DNA of 64,000 nucleotides from Azolla caroliniana. Lineage: Eukaryota; Plantae; Polypodiophyta. The stretch covers positions 10,664,001 to 10,728,000 of the forward strand of contig JBHGNT010000012.1 of assembly GCA_043228905.1 (NCBI GenBank), in the 5' to 3' direction. This document shows, one piece after another, positions 63,681 through 64,000 of this stretch (positions are counted from its first letter, which is position 1; each line of letters starts with the position of its first letter). Under the pieces are notes generated by a model. That model did not search any database. It saw only the letters and a program-made list of their open reading frames with translations, and had not been told where the DNA came from. The translations under genes and the position numbers were made by a program.

Positions 63681-64000
63681 CAGGTAATATGTCATATTCT
63701 CTTTTGGCATAGTTGGCCAGATGTAGAAAAGTACCCTATTTTAGCCTGATATCGAAAATATATGATGCATGCGTACCCCTTTTGCGACTTGATGGTTAAA
63801 TATAGAACAAAAAAAACCTAGCAATTACTAAATTGTATATGTGTCCACATTCGTGTCAATTTGCATATCATGGAGCACAATTGAAGACTTGGTTCAATAT
63901 AAAGTTCTAAAATTGGTATCCATATTCAAATTGTAGAGTAAAACTACATAAACCGTAATTATAAATATGTGGTTTTGGGTTTAGGAATAAAGTAGTACCC

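Noticed and set aside
63680-64000. AT-rich terminal segment as a DNA transposon or Helitron end
   Set aside because: No terminal repeat or diagnostic hairpin can be established at the window edge

Overview
Eukaryotic land-plant DNA, probably a non-seed plant (inferred from Tcn1-like chromoviruses, a tRNA-Trp-primed gag-only element and TTTAGGG repeats). There are two host genes: the 3' exons of pantothenate kinase 2 (DUF89 phosphatase half, 3750-6793, +) and an intact two-exon CYP71-clan P450 (37406-39088, -). There is also an HSP70 pseudogene. The rest is mostly nested retrotransposons. Nest 1: Copia remnant <- L1 LINE <- gag-only LTR element <- chromovirus. Nest 2: HSP70 pseudogene <- Tork-like Copia <- second chromovirus. 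After these come a 5'-truncated LINE and four Athila/Tat-like Ty3/gypsy elements sharing a large extra ORF, interrupted by a Tto1-like Copia. The strongest anomaly: all three visible 3' LTRs of the Athila/Tat-like elements are preceded not by a polypurine tract but by a sense copy of a tRNA 3' end (...GCGTGCCA-NN-TGT), i.e. an inverted primer-binding site. The chromovirus copies carry a tRNA-like A/B-box cassette, a four-unit heat-shock element, a covarying self-primer and a -1 frameshift signal. All alignments were made by eye; lineage names come from recalled family features, not database searches.
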